From the NCBI RefSeq assembly GCF_009914755.1, contig NC_060927.1: a stretch of 64,000 bases of DNA. The stretch is one strand, 5' to 3'. The stretch is from the human T2T-CHM13v2.0 reference genome, Homo sapiens. The notes under the pieces were generated by a model, which was not told the origin of the DNA, searched no databases, and saw only the letters and a list, made by a program, of their open reading frames with translations. Made by a program: the position numbers and the translations under genes. Below, piece after piece: positions 26,358 to 40,095 of the stretch; within the stretch, counting starts at the first letter, position 1, and every line of letters starts with the position of its first letter.

Positions 26358-29300
26358 CTTTACTAAGTGTCCATAAAACTATATCTTGTTTGTTCAGTTA
26401 GGAGGGCTTAGATAAAACTCTCATTTGTCTTGATTCATGAAAATAACTTATTATCTTCTGGATTAGAAAATTTCTGAAAACCCCAACCACAATGTAGCAA
26501 GAATATTTTTTATGTATGTATGTATGTATGTATTTATTTATACATACTATGGTAAGAATGCTTGACATGAGCTCTACCATCTTAAATTTTAAAAAGTCAA
26601 ATAAATTGTCTTATTATGGAACCACATGTGGACATGACGAATAAATGTTTTCTAATGTGTGGTTTTCCTCTGAAGAGATGTTGTCAGTACAACCCTTGGG
26701 TTCCTCACTGTGTGGTCTCTGTATAAGCAAAATCAGTTGTCACTGTCTTTACACAAACCCCATTGATTTGGTGAAGTGGGTGGTGGTCAAGAGTACCCGC
26801 CCAGCAGAGGATTTTGCTCTTCAGTCAGGAGTAAAAGAGTGTTTCAATTAAGAAGGAAATAGAAAAATTTCTTGAAACAAATGATAATGGAAACACAACA
26901 TACCAAAACCTAAGAGATACAGCAAAAGCAGTACTAAGAGGGAAGTTTATAGCTAGTTTACAGATACAGGCTATAAGCATCTACATCAAAAAAGAAAAAC
27001 TTCAAATAAATAACTTCATGATGCATCTCAAAAACTAGAAAAGCAAGAGCAAACCAAACCCCAAATTAGTAGAAGAAATAATAAAGGTCAGAGTGGAAAT
27101 AAATAAAATCAAAATGAAGAAACAATACAAAAGATTAATGAAATGAAAAGTTGGTTTCTTGAAAAGATAAATGAAATTGACAAAGTTTTAGCCAGGCTAA
27201 GAAAAAAAGAGAGAAGACCAAAATAAATAAAATCAGAAATGAATAAAGAAGACATTACAACTGATACCACCGAAATTCAAAGGATCATTAGTGGCTACTC
27301 TGAGCAACAATATGCCAATAAATTGGAAAATCTAGAAGAAATAAATAAATTCCTAGACACATACATTCTACCAAGGTTGAACCATGAAGAAATCCAGTAC
27401 CTGAACAGACAAGTAAGTAATGAGATCAAAGCTGTAATAAAAAATATCTCAGTGAAGAAAAGCCCAGGACCTGATGGTTTCACTGCTGAATTCTACCAGA
27501 CATTTAAAGAAGAACTAATACCAGTCCTACTCAAACTATTCAGAAAAAATAGAGGAAAAGGAAGTACTTCCAAAATCATTCAACAAGGCCAGTATTATCC
27601 TGATACCAAAACCAGAAAAAGACACACCAAAAAAAAGGGAAACTATAGGGCAATATCCTTGATAAATATTGATGCAAAAATCCTCAAAAAATACTACCAA
27701 ACTGATTCAACAACACGTTAAAAAGATCATTCATCATGAACAAGTAGGATTTATCACAGGAATGTATAAAAAGGAACATATCTCAACATAATAAAAGCTA
27801 TATATGACAGTCCCACAGCTAGTATCATACTGAATGAGAAAAAAACTGAAAGCATTTCCTTTAAGATCTGGAACATGACAAGGATGTCCACTTTCACCAC
27901 TGTTATTCAACATAGTACTAAAAGTCCTAGCTAGAGCAATCAGACATAAAGGACATCCAAATTGGATAGGACAAAGTCAAATTATCTTTGTTTGCAGATG
28001 ATATGATCTTATATTTGGAAAAACCTAAAGACTCCACCACAAAGCTATTAGAAGTGATCAACAAATTCAGTAAAGTTGCAGAATACAAAATCAACAAACA
28101 AAATTGGTAGAATTTCTACATGCCAACAGCAAACAATTGGAAAAAGAAATCAAGAAAATAATCCCATTTACAATAGCTACAAATAAACCCCTAGGAATTA
28201 ACTTAATCAAAGTAATGAAAGATCTATGCAGTGAAAACTGTTAAACATTAATGAAAGAAATTGAAGAGGACACCAAAAAAATGGAAAAATACTCCATGCT
28301 GTGGATTGGAAGGATCGATATTGTTAAATGCCCATACTACCCAGAGCAATCTATAGATTCAATGCAATGCTTATCAAAATACAAAAGACATTCTGTACAG
28401 TAATAGAGAAAACAATCCAGACACTCATATGGAACCACAAAAGACCCAAAATAGCCAAAGCTATCCTGAGAAAAAACTACAAAACTGGAGGAATAACATT
28501 ACCTTACTTCAAATTATACTATAGAGTTATAGTAACAAAAACAGCATGGTACTGGCATTATAAACAGACACATAGACCAATGGAACAGAATAGAAAACCC
28601 AGAAACAAATTCATCTATTTGTAGTAAACTCATTTTTGACAAAAGTGCCAAGAACATACATTGGGGAAAAGACAATCTCTTTAATCAAGTGTGCTGGGAA
28701 AACTGAATATCCATATGCAAAAGAATGAAACTAGACCCCTATCTCTCATCATATACAAAAATCAAATCAAAATGGAGTAAAGACTTAAATCTAAGACTTC
28801 AAACTATAAAAATACTAAAAGAAAACATTGCGGACACACTGCAGGACATTGGCCTGGGCAAAGGTTTCTTGAGTAATACCCCACAAGCACAGGCAACCAA
28901 AGCAAAAATGGACAAATGGGATCACATCAAGTGAAAAAGCTTCTGCACAGCAAAGGAAACAATCAACAAAGTGAAGAGACAACCTACAGAATGGGAGGTT
29001 GTCTCAAAAAACTAAAAATGGGCTACTATACAATCCAGCAATCCCACTGCTTAGTATAAACCCAAAGAAAAGGAAATCAGTATATTGAAATGATATCTGC
29101 ACTCCCACGTTTTTGTGCAGCACTATTCACCATAGCCAAGATTTGGAAGCAACCTAAATGTCCATCAACAGACAAATGGATAAAGAAAATATGGTACATA
29201 CACACAATGGAATACTAGTCAGCCATAAAAAAGAATGAGATCCTGTCATTTGCAACAACATGGATGGAACTGGAAATAAACCAGGCACAGAAAAACAAAC

Positions 29301-29503
29301 TTTGTGTGAGCAAAAAATTAAAACAATTGAACTCATGGAGATAGAGAGTAGAAAGATGATTACCAGATTATCAGAAGCTGGGAAGGGTAGTGGGGGTGGA
29401 GGAAGTGGGGATGGTTAATTGGTGCAAAAAATAGAAACAATGAAAAAGAACTAGTATTGATAGCACAACAAGGTGATTATAGTCACTAATAATTATTTCC
29501 GCC

Positions 29504-29814
<311 letters not shown>

Positions 29815-29829
29815 TTATATACGTATATA

Positions 29830-32132
29830 TATTTTTTTTCTACAACTTTTAAAGTTCCAGGGTACATGTGCAGAATGTGCAGGTTTGTTAAATAGGTAAA
29901 TGCGTGCCATGGTGGTTTGCTGCACAGATCAACCCATCACCTAGGTATTAAACCCAGTATCCATTAGCTATTCTTCCTGATGCTCTCCTTCCCACTCCCC
30001 ACCTCACGCCCAATAGGCCCCAGTGTGTGTTATTCCCCTCCATGTGTCCATCTGTTATCATTCAGGTCCCACTTATAAGTGAGAACATGCGGTGTTTGGT
30101 TTTCCGCTCCTGTGTTAGTTTGCTGAGGATAACAGCTTCCAGCTCCATCCATGTCCCTGCAAAGGACATGATCTCATTCTTTTTTGTGACTGTATAGTAT
30201 TCCATGATGTATATGTACCACATTTTCTTTATCCAGTCTATCATCGATGGGCATTTCAGTTGATTCCATGTCTTTACTATTGTGAATAATGCTTCAGTGA
30301 ACATACGCATGCGTGTATCTTTACAACACAATGATTTATATTCCCAGTAATGGGATTGCTGGGTCAAATGGTATTTCTGCTTCTAGATCTTTGAGGAATC
30401 ACCACACTGCCTTCTGCAGTGGTTGAACTAATTTACATTCCCACCAACAGTGTAAAAGTGTTTCTTTTTCTCTGCAGCCTCACCAGCATCTGTTGCTTCT
30501 TGACTTTTTAATAATTGCTATTCTGACTGGCATGAGATGGTATCTTATTGTGGTTTTGATGTTCATTTCTCTAATGATCAGTAACATTGAGCTTGTTTTC
30601 ATATGTTTGCTGCCCACATGAATGTCTTCTTTTGAGAAGTGTCTGTTCATGTCCTTTGCCCACTTTTTAATGGAGTTTTTTTTTGTAAATTTGTTTACAT
30701 TCCTTGTAGACTCTGGATATTAGACCTTTGTCAGATGGATAAATGGCACAAATTTTCTTGCATTGTGTAAGTTGTCTGTTCATTCTGATGATAGTTTTTG
30801 TTTTGTTTTTGCTGTGCAGAAGCTCTTTAGTTTAATTAGATCCCAACTGTCAATATTTGCTTTTGTTGCACTTACTTTTGGTGTCTTCATAAAAACTTTG
30901 CCTCACCTATGTCCTGAATGATATTGCCTAGATTTTCTTCCAGGGTTTTTTATAGTTTTATGTGTTACATTTAAGTCTTTAATCCATCTTTAGTTAATTT
31001 TTATATAAGGTGCAAGGAAAGGGTCCAGTTTCAATTTTCTGCATATAGCTAGCCAGTTCTCTCAGCACCATTTATTGAATAGGGAGTCCTTTCCTCATTG
31101 CTTTTTTTTTTGTCAGGTTTATTGAAGATCAGATAGTTGTAGGTGTGTGGTCTTATTTCTGGGTTCTCTATTCTCTTCTGGTCTATGTGTCTGTTCTTGT
31201 ACAAGTACCATGCTGTTTTGGTTACTGTAGCCTTGTAGTATAGTTTGAAATTGGGTAGCATGATGCATCCAGCTTTGTTCTTTCTGCTTAGAATTGTCTT
31301 GGCTATTCAGGCTTTTTTGTTTGTTTGTTTCATATGAAGTTTTAAATAGTTTCTTCTAATTCTGTAAAGAATGTCAACAGTAGTTTAATGGGAATAGCAC
31401 TGAATCAATAAATTGCTTTGGGCAGGATGACCATTTCATGATATTGATTCTTCCTATCCATGAGCATGGAATGTTTTTCCATTTGTTTGTGTCATCTCTG
31501 ATTTCTTTGAGCATTAGTTTGTAGTTGTCCTTGAAGAGGTCCTTCACTTCCCTTATTAGGTGTATTCCTAGGTATTTTATTCTCTTTGTAGCAATTGTAG
31601 CTGTTATCCTCAGCAAACTAACACATTCACAATTTTGCTCTCTGCTTGCCTGTTGTTGGTGTATAGGAATGGTGGCAATTTTTGTACATTGAGTTTGTAT
31701 CCTGAGACTTTGTTGAAATTGCTCATCAGCTTAAGAAGCTTTTGGGCTGAGATGATGTTTTCTTGATATAGGATCATGTCATCTAAAAACCAAGATAATT
31801 TGATGTCTTCTCTTCCTATTCGAATACCCCTTTTTTCTTTCTCTTGCCTGATTGCTCTGGCCAGAACTTCCAATACTATGTTGAATAGGAGTGGTGGGAG
31901 AGGGCATACTTGTCTTGTGCCGGTTTTCAAGGGGAAAGCTTCTAGCTTTTGCCCATTTAGTATGATATTGGCTGTGTGTTTGTCATATATAGCTCTTATT
32001 ATTTTGAGATATGTTCCTTCAATACGTAGTTTATTGAGAGTTTTTAACATGAAGCGATTTTGAATTTTATCAAAGGCCTTTTCTGCATCTATTGAGATAA
32101 TCATGTGTTTTTTGTCTTTAGTTCTGTTTATG
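29830..32132 (-). mobile_element. 5'-truncated L1PA (L1PA8-10-like), about 2.3 kb
   Basis: RT peptide [15 protein letters not shown]...[20 protein letters not shown]; antisense L1PA 3' UTR. Confidence 0.93.
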
Positions 32133-32668
32133 TAGTCATTAATAATTTAGTTGTACATTTAAAAATACCTAAGAGGGTAATTGGATTGCTTGTAACACAA
32201 AAGAAAGATGCTCGAGATGATGGATACCCCATTTATCCTGATGCAATTATTACATATTCCATGCCTATACCAAAATATCTTATGTTTCCCATAAATATAT
32301 ACACCTACTATGTACCCACAAATTTAAAAAAATTTTTTAAGAATTTTAGAATTGTCCCTCTGGGCTGTTGAAAATATAATTGAATTAAAAGGACTTCAAC
32401 TGCTCCTTGGAAGTGTAAAATCTGAACCATGACATTGATTGTTAAAACTTTCTTCATTTTTATAAATTCTCACCCAAGTTTCTGGGTGATAGTCACAGAA
32501 ATTTCATTTGTTTTATATTTTCTACACATTTGAATTTGAGAAGCATTTGGAATCTTTTTATAAAATCTTTTCTAACAAGGACAACAACAACAAAAAACTC
32601 TTAACCATCCACTAAAGACATCTTTCAGACTTACGTGATGGCCAAAACACTAACACTCATTGACTTAC

Positions 32669-32756
32669 CCACATTTCCTTTTCTAATTGTTTCTTGTCTT
32701 GCTTTTCCTTTTAGGGGATGAAGGCAGCACAGTACAGAAATTTCAGGTGTATACAG
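32669..32756 (-). ncRNA. Candidate internal exon (88 nt) of a minus-strand transcript
   Basis: Minus strand reads ctgtaattattccag|CTGTAT...ATGTGG|gtaagt, with a consensus donor; unique DNA. Confidence 0.35.
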
Positions 32757-32990
32757 CTGGAATAATTACAGTGAGCATCAAGTCATAACATCTTGCCAAT
32801 GTATCTTTTAGTAATTGGATGTATACAGTAGAATTAACATTGAGGATTTGAAATTTCTTGTTATTTAATATCCTTCAGGGACATGTTTACAGAATTTCAT
32901 GCTTACGCTTGACAGATGTTTGGTGATTCAGGAAGGAATAATGAAAAATTCAGATATGTAAACAAAGATCTTAGTTACTCAATAAATTAG

Positions 32991-33348
<358 letters not shown>

Positions 33349-33629
33349 TTGGCATTTCTTTTACATCTTTTACTTGCTTGTATATAAATCGCTAGGTCTA
33401 TATTGGTTTCTCTGGATTCTTGACATCCAAGCCAGTGTTTATTTGTTAGACAGCAATAATAATAAACACTCAGGATATTTTCAAAGGTAGAAGTAGCAGT
33501 TACAGGATTCACATAATGGAAGTGATTTCAGTGGAAAGACCTACTCATAACAAGGGCAAAATGAATGGGCATTGTGGTTTGTTAATGAGGGTTTTGCACA
33601 TTTGAGTATGTGAATCATTTCTTTGAACT

Positions 33630-33802
33630 AGAGTTGCTCAACTCTTCCTGCTCAAATGAATCAATGCTGAAGCCTAAAAATATACAAATTTCTGACACCA
33701 TTCCCCAGAGATTCTGAATTAATTGGCCTTAGGTTGGGCCTATATATATGCCTTTTAAAAAAAACTCTCTATTGACTTTGAGACACAATCCAGTTGGGAA
33801 AA
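33630..33802. mobile_element. MER5-like hAT MITE
   Basis: ccccagagattctgaattaattggcct core with degenerate termini. Confidence 0.55.
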
Positions 33803-36660
33803 TGTAATCTGAAGCCTGACCTCACCAAAACCTAATAAAACAAAAGCCAGAAAACAGGTTCAGAACCCATCAGGTTATGGCAGCTCCTTTAAGATTTAAC
33901 TTGTACCAGTAAATTAGCCTTAACTATTTCTTACATTATTAATTTTAATATCCCGACAGCATTGGTTTAAGGCATTGCATGTTTTTTGAAATTTGAGCTA
34001 CTCCTACAAGCCCTCCTTGGTGACTTGATGTACTGAGAACTTGTCCACTTGCTTAGCAGTGGTTGTTGAACCTTGTATGTGGTGTGTACTTAAGTATGTG
34101 ACTTCATTCATTGAGCGGGACATGAGATATTCTGAAGTTTCCTGTGGTTAGCTCTTTATTTCAAATGGAAATGGATAATATTACTGTTTACTTTTCCTAT
34201 TGTGGTGCTCTTTTATTTTTAAGTTACTTCAAGACGGTTCTGAGATACAAAAATGAGTAAGATATGGTTTCACTAATACAACCACGATTAACTAGGTGAA
34301 TAGCAATTATATTTTATTGAATGAAACACAGCTTAATTAGGTTAGGCCAAGGAGGGCTATTTCCTCACCAATGAGCACACCTTGAGGGAAGGACAAAGTA
34401 TTAAAGATAACTAGAATTTGAGATTCTAACACCCCCTGAAGCTCTCCATCTCTCTTCTCCACATGTCAACTCTAATCCTTAGATAGACTTTTTTCACAGT
34501 GACTGGAATGTGGTTTCCATCAACCTTCAGGGTCACATTTATCTTCTGAGGAATGGAAACCCAGTTTTTTTGAACCTGGGATCCTAGGGCTGACTGGTCA
34601 AACTTGGGTCAAGGGCCATCCCCAAAGAACTGTGGCTAGGGAGATGGGACCCTGGCAAAACAGCATTTGTCTTTGGATTGTAGAGATAGAATAAATGTTT
34701 CCTAGGAGGGGGAAGGGAATGTAATTTCAGGAATTCAAAAAAAAAAGCAGATGGATATCCAGTACAGACATTGCTTTCTGGTTCCAATTGCTGTTGGAGG
34801 TGGAGGGTTTCTCCTCATGAGACTTGGCTCCCCAGTCTTGCAGAGTTGAACTTAGGACTTTTTCAGACCCACCTCTCATGTCACCCTCTCATTAAGGCTT
34901 TATTGACTCTACGACCCCCAACCATCCACACACTGTTGGCTTCACCTTCCACTGTGATACTGTAACATGAAGTAATAAGCCATGATTACAGTGTGCTGCC
35001 AACTGTTGTGTTTTCCAGAAGGCTATCAGAAAAACCTGTTGATCCAACTTACTGCAGTAAAGGTAAACACAACATTGACAGTCTTAGTAGTGTCTCAGAA
35101 AGGAACCCAGGGAGGATATTTATAGGGTTTAGGTCCTAGACTGGGTGAATTTCAGGTGGGTTTTGCAAGACGGAAAACTCTTTGGGTTTGGCAGAGTTCA
35201 TGACATGATAGCTTTAAATTGTTGGACACGGGGAGATGAAGGAGTTGAAACAAGTCTTCTAGAGCAAGCTGGTTGATATAGATAAGTAAGCCACTTTGAT
35301 TAGTCACAGCCTTGTCCATTAGGAGCAAGTATTTCTTAAAGCAAGTAGCTAAGTCATTTTTGCTTATTTTCGGCATGGCTTAAACATAGAGAAAGTAAAG
35401 TATACTATATTCCAATATTATTTAGTACACAGAGAGGAAAGTATTTGGCTTCAGTTATCGATAATGCATTTTAATTGTTAACTTTTTATCTGTTGGTATA
35501 TAGGCATGACCAAAGGACATTGAGTCACATGTAAGAAAAATGCTATTTTATCTTTTAATAGTTCTGATTGCATCAATGAGAAAGTTAATCATATTCCATT
35601 TAAATCATCTCACATCCAAAATCATCTTGCCTATTTCTGATAGTACGGTTTTCACATTTGCAGACATACCATCAATATTTCCCAGTGGGAATCAACGAGT
35701 GCAGGGTAGAGCAGAATTTGCTATCTTTTACTCTGATGTTATCTTCTTATTTAAAACAGCTGCAGAAATACAGATTATGAAGGTTGGGTTAATAAAAGGC
35801 AAATATAACTAATGATGAAGCCTGAAAAAAAATTTAATGTCTTTTCCACACTTTTGAAATTCTGGATTACTTTTCTTTTATTCAATATCTTTTTATTTTC
35901 TAGAGAAAATGGAAAGTGAAACCCAAGTCAGATAAAGTAAGTTCAATTGTGTTCTATTCTGTTAGAAAATTGAAAAGTTGGCACTTTTAGTGCCTGAATT
36001 CCTTCAGATATTAAACTCCAAACTTCTACTTTCTGAAGTAAATTAAGTTAATATATCCTTAATAGAATAAATGCAATTCTCAATAGTGAATAAATTTCAC
36101 ATTATGATTTATTTTGGGAAAACCTTGTTTCAATTTTATAAGCAGAAGAAAGGAAAGGAAATGTTAAAATCTGTGGAAAAGTTGTAGATTCCTGGAGCCA
36201 CTTTTATTTCATGATTGTGAAAGTTAAATCACAAATATATTGCAAGTAAAAAAATTTCTACAATAATACTTTCTATAGAAGTTTCTAAACAACAAAAGAA
36301 CCCCCAAAACACAAACCCACAACTTCCTTTTGGCTTCAGTACTATTTGGATATTACCCTAATTGTGAAGGCAAAACCCCACCCTTCTCCTGAAGTATAAA
36401 GTAGGCCTTCTTTCTCCCTTGGGGCATTACTCTTGGTTGGGGAAGAACATCTCAATTAATAAATCTTTACACACTGAGGGTATGTGGACATCATAGTAGC
36501 AAAATTTCGGCCTGGGCCAGGCATGAATGTGAAATAGATGTATATTTTGTCCCCCCAGACTCTAGCTTCTTGATATTCCAGCCCATAGATTCTCTCTGTG
36601 CTTCACTCTGGTGACCAATGGAACATTTTCCGTTAAAACCTGGACAAATCTGAGACTCAC

Positions 36661-36732
36661 TGATACCGAAGGGCAAGTCTTGGCATTCAAATCCAGGATT
36701 TCAGGATGTTCTGTGCAGAACACCCCATAACC
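36661..36732 (-). ncRNA. Candidate internal exon (72 nt) of a minus-strand transcript
   Basis: Minus strand reads tcag|GGTTAT...GTATCA|gtgagt; donor good, acceptor weak. Confidence 0.25.
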
Positions 36733-37686
36733 CTGACTATTCCAAGTGAATTCAAAATAGATAAAATACACTTTTTTTTTAGAAAAACCATTTTCAACTT
36801 ACATCAGTTTTTTCTTATTAATGAAAAACAACAAAAAAAACAAACAGTTTTTGGTTTACACATATTTGTGTTCTCTTTGTAAAAAAAAAAAATTTAATAA
36901 TAAAAGGAGAAAATCCTGAAAGTCCTCATTACACTTCCCTCTCTTCATTCTTCCAACCCACTCTTTCTAACACATATTTAGAAACTTTCTAGTTAACTTC
37001 AGAAGCAATCTCAGAATCGGGTTCTTGCTGAGCAAGGGTGAGCTCCCATGTCTTATGTTTCCTCTTGACATTTTAATAAACTTTCATCAGTGTAAGTAAT
37101 TGTAACATATCTCTTCACAGACAGCCTGAAGAAGCTAGCAGGCTGAAGCAATGGATTGATTGAACTTAACCACTCAAGCTAGGAGTACATTTACTGGCAG
37201 GTGTTATACAGATATGTAATATAAAATCTCAACCTGAGTACACGTCCATGCAAACCAACAAAAAATAAGCCATGCATGTAAGAATAGTCTATGCTTTCCA
37301 AGTTCTTCACTATGATCCATGTACTAAAAATCACAACTTCATTGTGTTGCCTGCTCCATTTCCCCATCCTGCCCTTTCTAGAAGTTGCTGGATAAAACTC
37401 CTGCTGCCTCTAGCATCAGGGGTGCGTTACTTTTTCTCTTGTAGGGCTTCCCCCAGGACTTTGCTCCTCCTTGGGCATTTTCGTTGGGAGGCTGCCTCTG
37501 AGAAATTGGGGAACTTGGAGCCAAATGGCGATTCCTCTGTCTAAGTAGTAGAAGTGACCGCAGCTCGGCTGCTAGTAAAGATTGCCCTTGGTTTCTGAGA
37601 AATTCTGACTCCCTAAGTTCATTTGGCAGCCGGCGGCTTCTCTGAAACAAAGCCAGCAAACAGCTGGAGCGTCTCTGGACACTCAC

Positions 37687-37790
37687 ATTAAAACTTGTGA
37701 AGAGTTAAAAGCCCCAGGGAAGAGCCAGGCCAAGGGCACGGGTCAGCGCCGGCTTAAAAGACCCTCTCAGGGCACGAGGCGTTCGCTGCG
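37687..37790 (-). ncRNA. Candidate first exon of a divergent transcript (start approximate)
   Basis: Minus-strand donor AAT|GTGAGT at 37687/37686, just outside the CpG core. Confidence 0.4.
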
Positions 37791-38030
37791 GGAATCCACC
37801 TGCAGCTGTGCGGCGCGGACCAGGGCTTCCGGCGCGCGCTCTATCCAACTGCGCCGCGGGCGCCCGAGAGGCGCGCGTTTACTGCGCCCAGGAGCTCGGT
37901 GCAGCCTCTTCTGGAGAGTTGGGGGCGGTTTCCAGGGTCCGGAGTGTCCCCCGACCCCGGGAAAGCTGGGTAAGTATGCGGTGCGGGGACTTGGGGCCTG
38001 AGGCAGGCGGGGGAGGAAACCTCGAGTAGA
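37730..38030. promoter_or_regulatory. Small CpG island, likely a bidirectional promoter
   Basis: The only non-Alu CpG-dense stretch; ETS site gcttccggc 37825-37833; gcgcgcg runs; GC box ggggcggtt near 37922; outward-facing splice donors on both strands. Confidence 0.85.
37870..37969 (+). other. Probable non-coding first exon of a + strand gene (start approximate)
   Basis: Consensus donor CTGG|GTAAGT at 37969/37970, followed by intronic G runs; no ATG in the exon. Confidence 0.65.
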
Positions 38031-38166
38031 CAGGTGGATGTGAGAAGGATTCTCCTTTCTGGTGATTTGCACCTGTTGACGCCCCCAAATCTGAGCTCTA
38101 AGGAATTTTACAGATGGTTAAGACAGGTTCTGAAAGGTAGACTCAGAATTCGAAAGGACCTTAGAG

Positions 38167-38352
38167 CAGTGCTATCCGAAGTGTGATGCAAGGACTAATA
38201 GCATCGCCTTGCCCTTGAAACTTGTTAGAAATGCAAATTCCTGGACCCCACAAAACCCTGTTGAACCAGAATCTCTGGGAATGGGGATAAGGAATGTGTA
38301 TTTTAACAATCCTCCACGGGATTCTGATGCAGCTAAAGTTTGAGAACCATTG
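38167..38352. mobile_element. MER5A, full length
   Basis: cagtg...gagaaccattg termini; 8-bp TSD ccttagag/ccttagaa; inserted into a MIR-like core (ggaccttagag...tagtcc). Confidence 0.88.
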
Positions 38353-40095
38353 CCTTAGAAGTCACTTAGTCCTACATTTGAGCCCCTAGCCCCAATGCAG
38401 GAACCCCCAAATAAACAGCAATGGGTGTGTAGGTAATGAGTCAAAGGCATTAGATACTGGGGTGTATTCAGTTATAAAAATAACTTCTAAACACTCTTGG
38501 TTTGTGGGAATTCTATTCTGTCCCAAACGAAACTGTGATCTTTGAGATTTCCTAAGAACAGCACTCAGAGCTTCAACAACTATTTCTGAGTTTGTACTGT
38601 GTGCAAGTCTCCAGGTAAGGTTCTTTCAAAGTGCTGGAGGGAATTTTGTACTCTCAGGATCCCCAAGCTGGTAGCGTGTTATTTCTCTTACCAGGATCTT
38701 CATAAGTTGATGTAGTGCTTCATACATCACATTTATTTTGTTTTTTGGTATTCAACTGCTTGTTCTGAAATTAATCATTGTTAACTCAGGGTGTCAGGTT
38801 AGGTATCTTGGAAGATATATATTTACTTTGTGAATTCTGAACAAAAATCCTTAAGAAAAAATTCACACTGCAAGATTTTTTTCCATTTTTTCTATTTAAG
38901 TTTACAGTGCTACAATTTACCAATAGAATAAGTAGGAATCCTGAGATTTCATATGAATTAAAGTAGAGAAGATAATTCCCAAGTTTTTAAATAACTCCTT
39001 CAGATGAGGCAGGCTCTTCATCACTGCTGAGAACCTGAGCCATTAATCTTTGATGACGAATGAATGGTTTTGTGTTGTTATTATTATTCTCCTTTCAGTG
39101 GCTTAACTTAAAATATGAAATCTAAATCCACTGCTGACTTACTTGGAGACTCTGGAGCAAATTTATTTGCAGATATTTCTCAGTTTTCCCTTTTCTTCAA
39201 TGGGTGGGTGCAGGATGTAAGGTTTTGATAGGGAACCTGCTAGCATTATCTTAAAGTAGTTCCCCGGAGGACCCTGTGTGGTTATGATATTGAACTATTA
39301 TTAATATGTTAAAGCATAGAAAACATTCAATACAATGATTTTATATTTAATTATTTTATATATATATATTAAGTTAAAACATCTAAAAGGCTTTTTCACA
39401 GATTTCAAAAACTAATCACCTCTCTGTTTGAAAAGAACTTTGGAAATGTCAGTAAAATTGGGAGCCATTGCTAGCAATGTTATGAGCCTGTGAAAATAAA
39501 GTTTGCCACTGTAAATATTTCCCATCTTGAATCATAGCTACATGCAGAAATTGTTCATAAGTATTCAATGAGCATATGCTTAGCATCCTTCTATAATGAA
39601 GTGTAAGGCTGACACATATGTCTTGTTTGCATTGTATTTCATGTTGTGATTTTCCTTCCTCAAGTTCAAATCATCTTCCAAAAAGGAAGAATTTTCAACC
39701 CCGGAGCATATACTCAGAATCCTCCAGCTCTGAGAGTGGAGGGCACAAATTCACTTGGAATGTGTACTTTTCTTGGTATTGCAGTTTGCTTTGATGATGC
39801 CCCTGTCAATCTTGTAGGATCTCAGATCCAGTACACACTGAGCAAGTGGAAAGTGCAAAGGAAGAGGAGTTGGGCACTGGGCAAAGTTGGGATCTAAGAT
39901 AAAACGAGATGCATGCCTACTTTATGAGGAAGGGCTGACTGGTGGTGCATGTGGCAGTTGCAAACATTTTTGTTGCCCCATCAATCCCTGGTGCTTTATG
40001 ATACTTCCCTAAATTCCTCTGGCCTATTCCCTAACATGCACACAACTCACTACCCACAACCATTGCCACTTGCCATTCTCCAAGGAACCATTCTT

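Noticed and set aside
32680-32760. Strong + strand acceptor-like tract (cttgcttttccttttag at 32714)
   Set aside because: No convincing downstream donor and no upstream + strand promoter in the window.
34960-35460. Possible old LTR-like segment (another at about 8160-8490)
   Set aside because: I could not assign a family, termini or TSD.
37767-38088. ORFs across the CpG island
   Set aside because: GC-rich sequence has few stop codons; the peptides are unrecognisable and cross a likely splice donor.
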